Below are positions 29,091 through 37,782 of a DNA stretch of 64,000 bases, in pieces. How positions within the stretch are numbered: position 1 is the first letter of the stretch; each line of letters begins with the position of its first letter. The position numbers were made by a program, and so were the translations under genes. Source of the DNA: Candidatus Tayloriibacteriota bacterium (GTDB taxonomy: Bacteria; Patescibacteriota; Minisyncoccia; Phycocordibacterales; PALSA-1337); NCBI GenBank assembly GCA_003151615.1, contig PLXZ01000001.1, positions 244,318-308,317 of the forward strand, in the 5' to 3' direction. The notes beneath the pieces are model-generated. The model worked only from the letters and a program-made list of their open reading frames with translations, was not told the DNA's origin and made no database searches.

Positions 29091-29184
29091 CCCCCCGACT
29101 GTTGATTATCCAACTGTTTTGGAAAGCAGTATTCTTAATAAAAATGGAGGCAAAAGTTCAATAGGATGTTGTCCAACGAAATGA

Positions 29185-29583
29185 ATGAAAAAGATTTTTA
29201 TAGCCATTATAGTTACATCTTGGCTCGTAATTTTTGCCTTGGGAATAATTCTGTCGCTGGCTACGCCGCATTATATGCAAATGAGTGCGGGAACGATAAA
29301 AGCCAAAAAAGTAAGTATAGAAGGTCAGCCTTTTATCAGAATTGATGGCGAAGCGATGAATTATTTGGGACAGTTTCAGTTGATAAACGTGGATTGTGAT
29401 GATTCCAGCAAGCGAATCACGGTCACTTGTTGCATTATTTATAAGAATCCATTCAGCAAAATTGTGTTAGGTGATGGTTGGCCGGTTTTTTGCCCACTCG
29501 AAGGTGCAAAGCCTGGAAAATACTCCGTGGTTTATAAAAGTTCAGAAGGAGAACAGACAGCCGGGACATTTGATGTCCCGTAA
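29185..29583 (+). CDS. small secreted/anchored protein, paralog A (S6)
   Basis: Signal anchor; shares NY(L/F)GQ(F/I)Q(L/S)INVD…KYSVVYKSSEGE(Q/T)TAGTFD(V/I)P with the next gene. Confidence 0.55.
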   Translation: MKKIFIAIIVTSWLVIFALGIILSLATPHYMQMSAGTIKAKKVSIEGQPFIRIDGEAMNYLGQFQLINVDCDDSSKRITVTCCIIYKNPFSKIVLGDGWPVFCPLEGAKPGKYSVVYKSSEGEQTAGTFDVP

Positions 29584-29620
29584 TCTGCTTTCCAATTGAC
29601 TGCCCAGTGAAACCGTCAAA

Positions 29621-30025
29621 ATGAAAAAGAGATTGTTAGTAGCGTTCGTTTTTACGATTTTGACTTTGATTATCATTGCCGCAGGAGTTGTCCTTCGACT
29701 TGCCACGCCCGCAGAATGGCCAATTCAGGCAGGAACATTAAAAATTGAAAGCTTTAAGATTGGAGATCAGCCATTCGTGATGATAGAAGGGCAGCCGATG
29801 AATTATTTCGGACAAATTCAATCAATCAATGTTGATTTTGACGGAACGAGTAATCGCCTTATTGTTAGCCGATGTCTGGTTCGATGGAATCCATTCAACA
29901 AAATTATTGTAAATAATCAATGGCCCGTCGTTTATCCTCTTGATGGCATAAAAGCAGGTAAATACGCCGTCGTCTACAAAAGCACAGAAGGCGAAACAAC
30001 AGCCGGAACTTTTGATATTCCATAA
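29621..30025 (+). CDS. small secreted/anchored protein, paralog B (S6)
   Basis: Tandem paralog of 29185-29583. Confidence 0.55.
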   Translation: MKKRLLVAFVFTILTLIIIAAGVVLRLATPAEWPIQAGTLKIESFKIGDQPFVMIEGQPMNYFGQIQSINVDFDGTSNRLIVSRCLVRWNPFNKIIVNNQWPVVYPLDGIKAGKYAVVYKSTEGETTAGTFDIP

Positions 30026-30415
30026 CCAAAACAAGTTTTCAATTGACTGCCTACCTCAATCGCCGATAAATGGAACACTCCCGATGAGTATCACCGTCAA
30101 GTTATAGGAGGGTTGCGGCTAGGATTATTCCGAATCCACACTGACCGGACGGTTGTTTTGAACAGTTTGCGCAATTATGGTGAATAAATCGGACGCAATG
30201 TTGCGATAGTAGTTGTGCATTGAAAATAAGAGTCCTCCATGATTGCTTCTCCGGTTTTTTGGTAAACGTCGCTTTAATGTTTTCCGCCGTCATATAACGT
30301 GATGTAATCCTTCTGTTTTTTTGATCAAACAATTCTCCACTTGCCATCGACGCCGTTGGCATATCGCAGCAACCCCAAGTTCCCATCCTTAACCGTAAAT
30401 AACACGAGAGCAACT

Positions 30416-30540
30416 CACCAGAATCGCCCCTTTTTCATGTTGCCGCTTCCGGCAATTCTGCCCGTCTTCATCGAAAGGCTGCGGGGAGATACGCTTCAGG
30501 GTGGCAGTTCATTTCAAACCAACAACCAAAGGAGAAAACT
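30416..30540 (+). promoter_or_regulatory. 125-bp structured leader (copy A) upstream of DUF1281-like gene (S6)
   Basis: ~85% identical to 32103-32232; contains hairpin TTGCCGCTTCCGGCAA and a conserved GGGTGGCAGTTC block before the RBS. Confidence 0.5.
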
Positions 30541-30978
30541 ATGCCCAACTGGTGCAACAACAAGCTCGTCGTGCTTGGACCCGACGAGGACGTTGAACGG
30601 TTCAAGAAAACAGCCATCGGCAATTCGCCGTGGCACACGAAAGAAGAAAAGAAAAGCGTCCTCAACTTCCACAGCCTCGTGCCCGTCCCGCCGGAGATTG
30701 TATCGGCTGGCTATGGGGAGGCCGGTTACGAATGGGAACGGCAAAACTGGGGCTGCAAATGGGGCGCGTGTCATACCCGACTGGTGGACGGACGGAAAGG
30801 CCACCTCGAATACAGCTTCGAAACCCCGTGGTGTCCGCCCATTCCGTTTCTCGAAAAGCTGGGACGGGAGTGGCCGATGCTCACGTTCCTCCTCGACTAC
30901 GAAGAACCGGGCATGAGCTACAAGGGCATCGCCAAAGTTCATGGCGAGGCCGTTGAAGATCATTGCTTCGACCTCTGA
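30541..30978 (+). CDS. DUF1281-like plasmid leading-region protein (MPNWCNN N-terminus) (S6)
   Basis: MPNWCNNKLVVLGPDEDVERF… From memory, this N-terminus matches a family common on conjugative plasmids. Confidence 0.5.
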   Translation: MPNWCNNKLVVLGPDEDVERFKKTAIGNSPWHTKEEKKSVLNFHSLVPVPPEIVSAGYGEAGYEWERQNWGCKWGACHTRLVDGRKGHLEYSFETPWCPPIPFLEKLGREWPMLTFLLDYEEPGMSYKGIAKVHGEAVEDHCFDL

Positions 30979-31007
30979 AACACAAACAACCAACAGAAAG
31001 GAAAATT

Positions 31008-32087
31008 ATGAGTGCAGTCATGGAATCAAAAGATCAAGTCACCCTGTATTACCGTGGAGGTTCATCAGACAAGGTGTATCAGGCCGCGATTGAACCGAGG
31101 GGCGACGAGTTCGTCGTCCACTTCGCCTACGGACGGCGCGGGTCAACATTGACGACCGGGACGAAGACAAGTTCACCAGTGGACTATGACACGGCGAAGA
31201 AAATCTTCACCAAACTCGTCAGCGAAAAGAAGGCCAAGGGCTACATCGAAGGCGAGAACGGCACGCCCTATCAACACCATGAGCACACGGACAAACAGGC
31301 ATCAGGCATTTTGCCCCAATTGTTGAACGCCATCGAAATGGCCGACGTGGAGAAGTTCCTGCACGATGACGCATATTGCGCCCAGGAGAAATTCGACGGG
31401 CGACACATCCTCATCCGCAAGCAGGACGAACACGTCGAGGGCATCAACAAGAAAGGATTGCTGGTCGGATTGCCGGAAACCGTGTCAGACGACATCCGCA
31501 ACCTGTCCGGCAGCTTCATTCCCGACGGTGAATCCATCGGCGATGAGTATCACGTCTTTGATCTCCTCGAATGGAACGGCGAGAACTTGCGTCCGTTGCC
31601 CTACAGGAAACGGCGCGCTCACCTGATGGAATTGCTCTCCGGTTCGCAGCTTCAGTTCATCAAGCTGGTCGGGACGGCGTTCACGACGGCGCAGAAGCTT
31701 GAACTGTGGCACCGGTTGAAGTGGGAAAACCGCGAGGGCATCGTGTTCAAGCGGCTGGACGCGCCCTACACGCCGGGCAAGCCCAACAGCGGCGGGCCGC
31801 AGTTGAAATTCAAGTTCACCGCCACGGTGTCTGCAATCGTTGCCAAAATCAATGTCCAGCGCAGCGTGGAGATCAGTTTGTTCAAGGGCAGGAGCTTGAT
31901 TTCGTGCGGCAACGTCACCATCCCGGCCAATCACGACATCCCCACAGTGGGCGCTGTCGTGGAGGTGCGGTATCTCTACGCCTTCAGGGAAAGCCATTGT
32001 TTGCACCAGCCGGTGTATCTGGGAATCCGTGATGATGTTGAACCCGGCGAGTGCATTGTCCAGCAGTTGAAATTCAAGGCGGAGTAA
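31008..32087 (+). CDS. WGR domain fused to ATP-dependent DNA ligase (S6)
   Basis: WGR (VTLYYRGGSSDKVYQAAIE…FVVHFAYGRRGSTLT); ligase adenylation motif KxDG (EKFDGRHILI). RBS AAAGGAAA before ATG 31008. Confidence 0.7.
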   Translation: MSAVMESKDQVTLYYRGGSSDKVYQAAIEPRGDEFVVHFAYGRRGSTLTTGTKTSSPVDYDTAKKIFTKLVSEKKAKGYIEGENGTPYQHHEHTDKQASGILPQLLNAIEMADVEKFLHDDAYCAQEKFDGRHILIRKQDEHVEGINKKGLLVGLPETVSDDIRNLSGSFIPDGESIGDEYHVFDLLEWNGENLRPLPYRKRRAHLMELLSGSQLQFIKLVGTAFTTAQKLELWHRLKWENREGIVFKRLDAPYTPGKPNSGGPQLKFKFTATVSAIVAKINVQRSVEISLFKGRSLISCGNVTIPANHDIPTVGAVVEVRYLYAFRESHCLHQPVYLGIRDDVEPGECIVQQLKFKAE

Positions 32088-32093
32088 AATCAC

Positions 32094-32232
32094 AGGGGCG
32101 ATTCACAAGAATCGCCCTTTTTTCATGTTGCCGCTTCCGGCACATCTGGCCGTCTTCATGGAAACGGCACGGGGCGATACGATTCAGGGTGGCAGTTCCT
32201 TTCAATAAACCAACAACCACAGGAGCATCACA
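32094..32232 (+). promoter_or_regulatory. terminator hairpin plus 130-bp structured leader (copy B) upstream of ardC-like gene (S6)
   Basis: GGGGCGATTC-ACAA-GAATCGCCC+T6, then the same TTGCCGCTTCCGGCA hairpin and GGGTGGCAGTTC block as copy A. Confidence 0.5.
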
Positions 32233-33090
32233 ATGAAAAATCAAACGTATGACCGTATCACCGACCGAATCATCGCCTTGATGGAGCAAGGCACCGTCCC
32301 ATGGCACAAGCCGTGGAAAGCCCGAACCGGGTTGCCCCGGAACTTCGTCAGCAAACATCCCTATCGCGGCATCAATGTCTTTCTGTTGATCGCCATGCGG
32401 TATGAATCACCGTTCTGGCTCACCTGCCGTCAGGCAAATCAGTTGGGTGCCAGCGTCAAGAAGGGCGAGAAGGCTTGTCCAGTTGTTTTCTGGAAACAGA
32501 CGACCGTTGAGGACAAGCAAACGGGCGAAGAGAAGAAAAAATATCTTCTTCGCTTTTACCACGTTTTCAACACCGCCCAATGTGACGGATTGAAGCTGGA
32601 TTCAGCCATAGCGGAGGCGCTGTTGAGTCCCACATCAAAACCGGAGGACATTGTGGCCGGTATGCCGCAGCCGCCAGTTCTGAAGCACGGCATGACCCAC
32701 GCCTACTATTCCCCCCGTGAAGATTGCGTCAGCCTGCCGCCACGGGAGCGGTTCGAGCGGACGGAGGATTATTATTCTACCGTCTTCCACGAGCTTGTTC
32801 ATTCGACAGGTCACGAAAAGCGGTTGAAGCGATCCACGCTCACGGAATCAGCCGGTTTCGGCTCCAATCCCTACTGCAAAGAGGAATTGATTGCCGAAAT
32901 GGGTGCGGCGTTTCTGTGCGGACAGGCCGAGATTGCCGAGCGGACGATTGACAATTCCGCCGCATATCTCAAAGGCTGGCTTGAACAGTTGCGTCATGAC
33001 AAGATGCTCATTGTGCAGGCGGCGGCGCAGGCGCAGAAGGCGGCGGACTTTGTTCTGGGAAAAAGCGAACCCGCAGAGGTTGCGCCATGA
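32233..33090 (+). CDS. ardC: ArdC-like antirestriction protein (ssDNA-binding N-domain + HExxH metalloprotease) (S6)
   Basis: VPWHKPW…RGINVFLL… and HELVHSTGH zincin motif. Confidence 0.8.
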   Translation: MKNQTYDRITDRIIALMEQGTVPWHKPWKARTGLPRNFVSKHPYRGINVFLLIAMRYESPFWLTCRQANQLGASVKKGEKACPVVFWKQTTVEDKQTGEEKKKYLLRFYHVFNTAQCDGLKLDSAIAEALLSPTSKPEDIVAGMPQPPVLKHGMTHAYYSPREDCVSLPPRERFERTEDYYSTVFHELVHSTGHEKRLKRSTLTESAGFGSNPYCKEELIAEMGAAFLCGQAEIAERTIDNSAAYLKGWLEQLRHDKMLIVQAAAQAQKAADFVLGKSEPAEVAP

Positions 33091-33548
33091 AAGACTTCAA
33101 TCCGAAGGAATTCAAGGTCGTCGCCTTGCGGGAATGTCCGGTGCCGGACGAGATGAAAATCTGTGCGGAACCGCAGCAGGTCGTGGATTATTGGCGGATG
33201 CACATTGCGACACATCCGTATTTCAACCCGGATTGCGAGTGTTTCGTGGTGCTGCTTCTAAACATACGCAGGCGGGTCAAGGGGCATCATCTGGTGTCCA
33301 TCGGAACGATGGACACCATCTTGGTGCATCCGCGCGAGGTGTTCAGCGTGGCGGTTGCGATGAAGGCGGCTTACATCGTGCTCATTCACAACCACCCATC
33401 GGGTGACCCGACGCCAAGCGACGCGGACATCAAGGTCACGCGCGATTTGATTCGCGCCGGCCAGTTGTTGAAAATCGAAGTTACGGATCATGTCATTATG
33501 GGAAATCCTGAATATTCCTCGTTGCGAGGGTTGGGATATTTCTTTTAG
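33087..33548 (+). CDS. RadC-like JAB domain protein (DUF2466) (S6)
   Basis: VLIHNHPSGDPTPSDADIKVT JAMM motif; start overlaps ardC stop. Confidence 0.8.
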   Translation: MKDFNPKEFKVVALRECPVPDEMKICAEPQQVVDYWRMHIATHPYFNPDCECFVVLLLNIRRRVKGHHLVSIGTMDTILVHPREVFSVAVAMKAAYIVLIHNHPSGDPTPSDADIKVTRDLIRAGQLLKIEVTDHVIMGNPEYSSLRGLGYFF

Positions 33549-33797
33549 CTCCGGGTAATGCCGAGTTCACGGGGTGATTCTTCAGAACGCTGAAGAATCA
33601 CCCCTTTTTTATTTCTTCGACTCGGCATTAACGGGATTATGCCGAGCTCGGCATAATGGTTATTTCTACAATTGAATCCCATTAACCCGGACAAGGAAAC
33701 TTGCCGGGTTTTTAATTTCCATTTATTAACTCCAATCCGATTTGTAAATATTTAATAAAAACCCGCATAACAAGTATGCGGGTGGTCGAGGAATCAA

Positions 33798-34193
33798 TCA
33801 GGGACAAACTGGCTGCAAGAGCTTAATGCTTTCCAAAGCATCATTGAAATGGCCTTTTGATGCAAAGGCATCAATCAGCTTGGCAATTTCTTCGAGTGTC
33901 AAAGAACGCCCTGCAAGCTTGACTGCTTCAAGAGCGGTGCTTGCGCGTGCGTCAACTAGACAAGCATTAACCAATTTGTTAATCTCTTCTAGTGTTAAGG
34001 GCCGGTCGGCGAGTTTAGCCGATTCGAGAGCGTCATTAAACCAGCCCTTTGTCACACAGGCATCAATTAATTTCGCGATTTCTTCGTTTGTTAAAGAACG
34101 CTTTGCAAGCTTGGCGGCTTCAAGGGCAATTCCGATCTTTCCATTACGGATTGAAACGGCAATGAGATAATCAGCAGCATCGTCTAGTAACAT
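33798..34193 (-). CDS. HEAT/PBS-lyase-like repeat protein (S6)
   Basis: ~30-aa repeats (RSLTLEEIAKLIDA…GHFNDALESxKL) four times. Confidence 0.5.
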   Translation of the reverse strand: MLLDDAADYLIAVSIRNGKIGIALEAAKLAKRSLTNEEIAKLIDACVTKGWFNDALESAKLADRPLTLEEINKLVNACLVDARASTALEAVKLAGRSLTLEEIAKLIDAFASKGHFNDALESIKLLQPVCP

Positions 34194-34403
34194 AGGTGGC
34201 TCCTTTGGTTTTGATATATGCTGCTGATTCCGTAAGTGGGATCGGTGCAGCAGTCAGAAATCCTTCGCCGCAAATCCCTGACTGCTGAAACGATTCCACT
34301 CATAGCTGCTTGGCAACTGTGGCGAATGCTATCATAAGGCTTTATTATGGTCAAAGCGCTGACCTGGTTATTTGTTAGATTTCTTGAAAAGTTCTTTTAA
34401 TGC

Positions 34404-34970
34404 GTGTATGATTCAGCCGTGAAAATTGTGGGGCTTTGCGGAAGATCTGGCGCTGGGAAAAGCAGCGTAGTCGCAATTGTCCGAGAAAGTCTCCCCGCTG
34501 TGCAGATCATTTCTACTGGCGATGCAATTCGTCAACTGTTAAATAGGCGCGGAATTGAAATCAATCATTACAATCTCCAATCCATAACAAAAGAGATTCT
34601 TGCAGACAGAGGAGAAAATTATATTTCCATTGTTTTTGATCTCATTGATTCTAAATTTCCAATAACTTTAATTGATTCATTTCGTCGCCTTGAAGATGTT
34701 GCGTGTGTAACCAAGGCGTTTGGACAGCCACTAATAATTTCAATCAGCGCGCCCGCAACGGTTCGTTTTAATCGATTGCTTGCCAGGTCAAGACCGTCGG
34801 ACGCTTTAGATGAAGCTTCGTTCAAGGATTTAACATTGCTTGAAAATTCTTGGGGCGTTGAGAATCTGTGTCGGATTGCTGAAATACAAATTGAAAATAC
34901 CAACACATATGCGGAACTGCGTAAGCAGACCCTGGCTGTTCTCCGGAAAGTATTTCAGCCATTCTGCTGA
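34404..34970 (+). CDS. P-loop NTPase/kinase-like protein (S6)
   Basis: Walker A GLCGRSGAGKSS at N-terminus. Confidence 0.5.
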   Translation: MYDSAVKIVGLCGRSGAGKSSVVAIVRESLPAVQIISTGDAIRQLLNRRGIEINHYNLQSITKEILADRGENYISIVFDLIDSKFPITLIDSFRRLEDVACVTKAFGQPLIISISAPATVRFNRLLARSRPSDALDEASFKDLTLLENSWGVENLCRIAEIQIENTNTYAELRKQTLAVLRKVFQPFC

Positions 34971-35037
34971 TAAAATAGGTGCAACATCATATGTATAGGA
35001 ATATTGAGTCATTGGTCTTGCCATTTCTGGATCAAGA

Positions 35038-35074
35038 CCTGCATAATAGTGTCGCAAAAAGGAGATTGTGCAAC
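35038..35074 (+). repeat. array repeat R7
   Basis: Exact 37-mer. Confidence 0.95.
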
Positions 35075-35097
35075 AATATTTAAGACCTACCGAAGCT

Positions 35098-35697
35098 ATG
35101 TGGATGTCTGTTGAATTCGAGGTTCCACGGGGAGGCATGCAGCATATTTCATGGCCGTCATTTTGGCAACGAGTTCTAGTCCGGCAATGGAGTTTCCCAT
35201 TAATTCTTATGTCACCCAAGGCCTTTGCGGAATGGAGAAATAATCAATTCAATATTTTCGGAAGAAAAACCGAACCAGATTCGCACCTTAAGGCGGCTGT
35301 TGGACACGTGCTGGAAATTTTACGCAAATCAAATTATCCAAAAGTTACAGATTGGCGATTGTTTATACATTGGGCACAACGAATTAGGATACAGCGCATT
35401 AAAATTCCCAAAGAGATTGTAGAACCGCCATGCGATCACATTTTACCCCAAGCCAAAAAATGGTTTCGTTTTAGAAGTGATCCCATTCCCAATACTGATT
35501 GCCGCGATGAGTTCTGGTTTGGTGACTTGCCTTCAATTTCGGCACCCGAACCGAATGACGGTTTTCGCCTTGAATTCAAAGCCGTTGTTAATAACTGGCT
35601 TTATATTTATTTGCTGCCGTGGCTTGGATTTATCGGCTTTTTGATAGCATGTGGTAGGTTGCTTTTCAATCTTTGGGAGAAAGGCACTCCCCAATAA
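35098..35697 (+). CDS. hypothetical protein with C-terminal TM helix (S7)
   Basis: ORF from ATG 35098; no family recognised. Confidence 0.4.
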   Translation: MWMSVEFEVPRGGMQHISWPSFWQRVLVRQWSFPLILMSPKAFAEWRNNQFNIFGRKTEPDSHLKAAVGHVLEILRKSNYPKVTDWRLFIHWAQRIRIQRIKIPKEIVEPPCDHILPQAKKWFRFRSDPIPNTDCRDEFWFGDLPSISAPEPNDGFRLEFKAVVNNWLYIYLLPWLGFIGFLIACGRLLFNLWEKGTPQ

Positions 35698-36477
35698 AAA
35701 ACAATCTTCTTACGAAGATTGTTTTGCAAAATCTGGCGACTCAACACTTTACCGTTGTGAAGCTACAGGATTTTGATTTCTGCGCACGTTAAGCATGGCT
35801 GCCCGTCGAGCTTGGTCAAAATCTCTGGCAAAAGCGGCTCTAAATTCCCTCCGCTTCTTCCAGTAATTTTTACTGAATAGATGTTTGATTGATTTCATAT
35901 CGTTTAAGATGCGTAATTTAGTTCAAAGAACAATTTGCCATTTTAAGCTTTGCCCTTAATAAGGTGCTTAAAAAGCGTCCCACGTCTCTATTAAGTAGTT
36001 TAATGCTTATTTATCATTTTTGCAAATTGTAAAAAGTGGCAGATGTTCCTTTCACGAAGGAGAATCGTCTGCAGTCCCCTTGAAAATCCGCGCGACCGGA
36101 TATTGTCAGCTTTTCGAGCTGCGGAATCCGCCCGCGACAAAGATGATAAGGCATATCAGCAGAATCAGGCCAAGCCCACTGCCGCCGATGACGGGACCAC
36201 CAAAGTAAAACCCACCGCCGCCGAACAAGAGAAGCAGAACAACCATGAGTAGTAATAGGTTCATAGGCCGATAAAATAACACGCCATTGCACGGTTGCTA
36301 TGGGGTCTTCACCCCATAGCGCACAAAATGTGAAATATTCCTGTAAAATAGTTACTCTCTTAAACTTGCCAGAATTGGCACGTTTGCCCACCTACTGATT
36401 TTCCCGGCGGAAGATAGGATTTCATTCGGATGCAGTTCGACTTCGCGAGCCGCACCAGTTCTTCACAACCAAATAAC

Positions 36478-36514
36478 CCTGCATAATAGTGTCGCAAAAA
36501 GGAGATTGTGCAAC
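36478..36514 (+). repeat. array repeat R8
   Basis: Exact 37-mer. Confidence 0.95.
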
Positions 36515-36944
36515 GCTTTCACAAAATTGGTTCAATCTGTTCAGCATCATCGGGATCATCGGCAGTCTTTGGGTTGCAATCATCACGCTCCGCTCTGAAG
36601 CCAAAACAAGGCGCGTCGCAAACCTCCTCACCATCACCGCCAACCACCGCGAGATCTGGAAGGAGTTTTTCCACTCTCCACAGTTAGCGCGCGTCATTGA
36701 CCCTTCCGCCGACGTTTCAAAGACACCGCCAACTCCAGCCGAGGAATTTTTCGTCTCTCTGGTCGTTTCCCACATCAGCAGCGTCTATGAAACTCTCAAG
36801 GACGACCTACTAACCAAGCAGGAAGGATTACGTCGCGATGCCGCATGGTTCTTTTCCCTGCCGATTCCAAAGGCAGTTTGGACTGCGACCAAACTGCTGC
36901 AAAATCAAGATTTTGCAGCTTTCATTGAATCTTCTTTGAAGTAG
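36515..36944 (+). CDS. hypothetical membrane-associated protein; 5' end undefined, begins at repeat R8 (S8)
   Basis: Open from the repeat; hydrophobic FNLFSIIGIIGSLWVAIITL then a soluble domain. Possibly 5'-truncated. Confidence 0.3.
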
Positions 36945-37075
36945 TGTGAGAACTTGAATTTGACTGTGGGATATCCAAGGAATCGTCCAAGAAGAAGCCC
37001 CGTCAAGGCGGGGCTGTGAAGTGATGTATTCGTTTCATACATCATCAAATTTCGTTGGGACAAAACAAGCTTCAG

Positions 37076-37330
37076 CTAATCTATGCAGGAACAAAGATGG
37101 GGACGTATTGGAACCCCCTGTGCCCGCACGATGTAACGTTCGCCAGATTGGCGTATTGCCCCAAACTCGACAAGCAGATCGAGATAAGCATTAACAGTCG
37201 TTGAAAAATCAACAACGTTGCTGTGACGGGCTCTCTTGTATGCGACAACCACCTCGCGTGCTGTAAAGCTGTCACGAGAATAGATAATTTTGGCAAGAGC
37301 TTTTTGGTTTTCAATAATGCGTGTGTTCAT
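37076..37330 (-). CDS. small hypothetical protein (84 aa) (S8)
   Basis: ORF track. Confidence 0.35.
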   Translation of the reverse strand: MNTRIIENQKALAKIIYSRDSFTAREVVVAYKRARHSNVVDFSTTVNAYLDLLVEFGAIRQSGERYIVRAQGVPIRPHLCSCID

Positions 37331-37454
37331 ATGTTTGTTAATAGTCTATATTAGTTATACTAAACATTTATCCATTTTGCAAATTCTTCCCAGAGTAATT
37401 TCCCAAACTTGGCTCTCCAGGCTGGGAATTTGGCTTCGGGCAAAATTTTAGAGT

Positions 37455-37491
37455 CCTGCATAATAGTGTCGCAAAAAGGAGATTGTGCAAC
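37455..37491 (+). repeat. array repeat R9
   Basis: Exact 37-mer. Confidence 0.95.
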
Positions 37492-37745
37492 GGATATATG
37501 TATATGATATTAGGTATAATCATTTTAGATACTAAATACAACATGCTTACACTAATCGTATTCTTAATACTCTGTGTTATATCACCACCTCTGGCTTGGT
37601 TTGTATTTATCATTTGGGCTATATACTGGATATATATCTTAATAGTGGCGAGTAGAATCTAAGGAACTAGATGAAGTGCTGCACCAATTCCTGCTGCATT
37701 TGTTGCTGCATGAACTCCTGCTTTTACAACTGGATTATTTTTTAT

Positions 37746-37782
37746 CCTGCATAATAGTGTCGCAAAAAGGAGATTGTGCAAC
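37746..37782 (+). repeat. array repeat R10 (last); followed by an AT-rich stretch
   Basis: Exact 37-mer. Confidence 0.95.

Larger units (their letters stand above)
19999..37782 (+). CRISPR. atypical CRISPR-like array: 10 identical 37-bp direct repeats with 254-5947-bp inter-repeat segments, starting 2 bp after cas2
   Basis: Repeat CCTGCATAATAGTGTCGCAAAAAGGAGATTGTGCAAC at 19999, 21074, 22540, 24635, 26144, 29054, 35038, 36478, 37455 and 37746; all + orientation, 37/37 identical. Inter-repeat lengths 1038, 1429, 2058, 1472, 2873, 5947, 1403, 940 and 254 bp. Confidence 0.55.

Noticed and set aside
30341-30993. Overlapping ORFs 30341-30916(+), 30514-30993(-), 30630-30956(+), 30468-30665(-)
   Set aside because: They overlap the DUF1281-like gene and its structured leader in a GC-rich segment, with Arg/Pro-rich low-complexity translations. 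Judged spurious.
31271-32358. ORFs 31271-31537(-), 31366-31626(+), 31485-32093(-), 31706-32032(+), 32074-32358(-)
   Set aside because: They lie inside the WGR-ligase CDS on other frames or the opposite strand; Arg-rich GC-frame artefacts.
36014-36391. Overlapping ORFs 36014-36391(-) and 36043-36252(+) in segment S7
   Set aside because: Mutually exclusive and neither has recognisable features; left unannotated.
20010-37613. ORF-track peptides MSQKGDCAT…, …VAQSPFCDTIMQ…, …ISFLRHYYAG… and …LHNSVAKRRLCN… recurring in many small ORFs
   Set aside because: These are the 37-bp repeat translated in different frames. ORFs 20932-21117, 20949-21290, 25924-26190, 25992-26207, 26075-26305, 34830-35219, 36422-36775 and 37368-37613 are artefacts spanning repeats.
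19999-37782. Interpreting the repeat array as a canonical CRISPR array
   Set aside because: Repeat length, identity and cas1-cas2 adjacency fit, but inter-repeat units are 0.25-5.9 kb and encode genes. It is reported as an atypical CRISPR-like array instead.
19999-37782. Classical integron (intI/attI/attC) cassette array
   Set aside because: No tyrosine-recombinase integrase gene is present. The repeats are perfectly identical 37-mers rather than variable imperfect-palindromic attC sites. Segment genes are on both strands and several are truncated.
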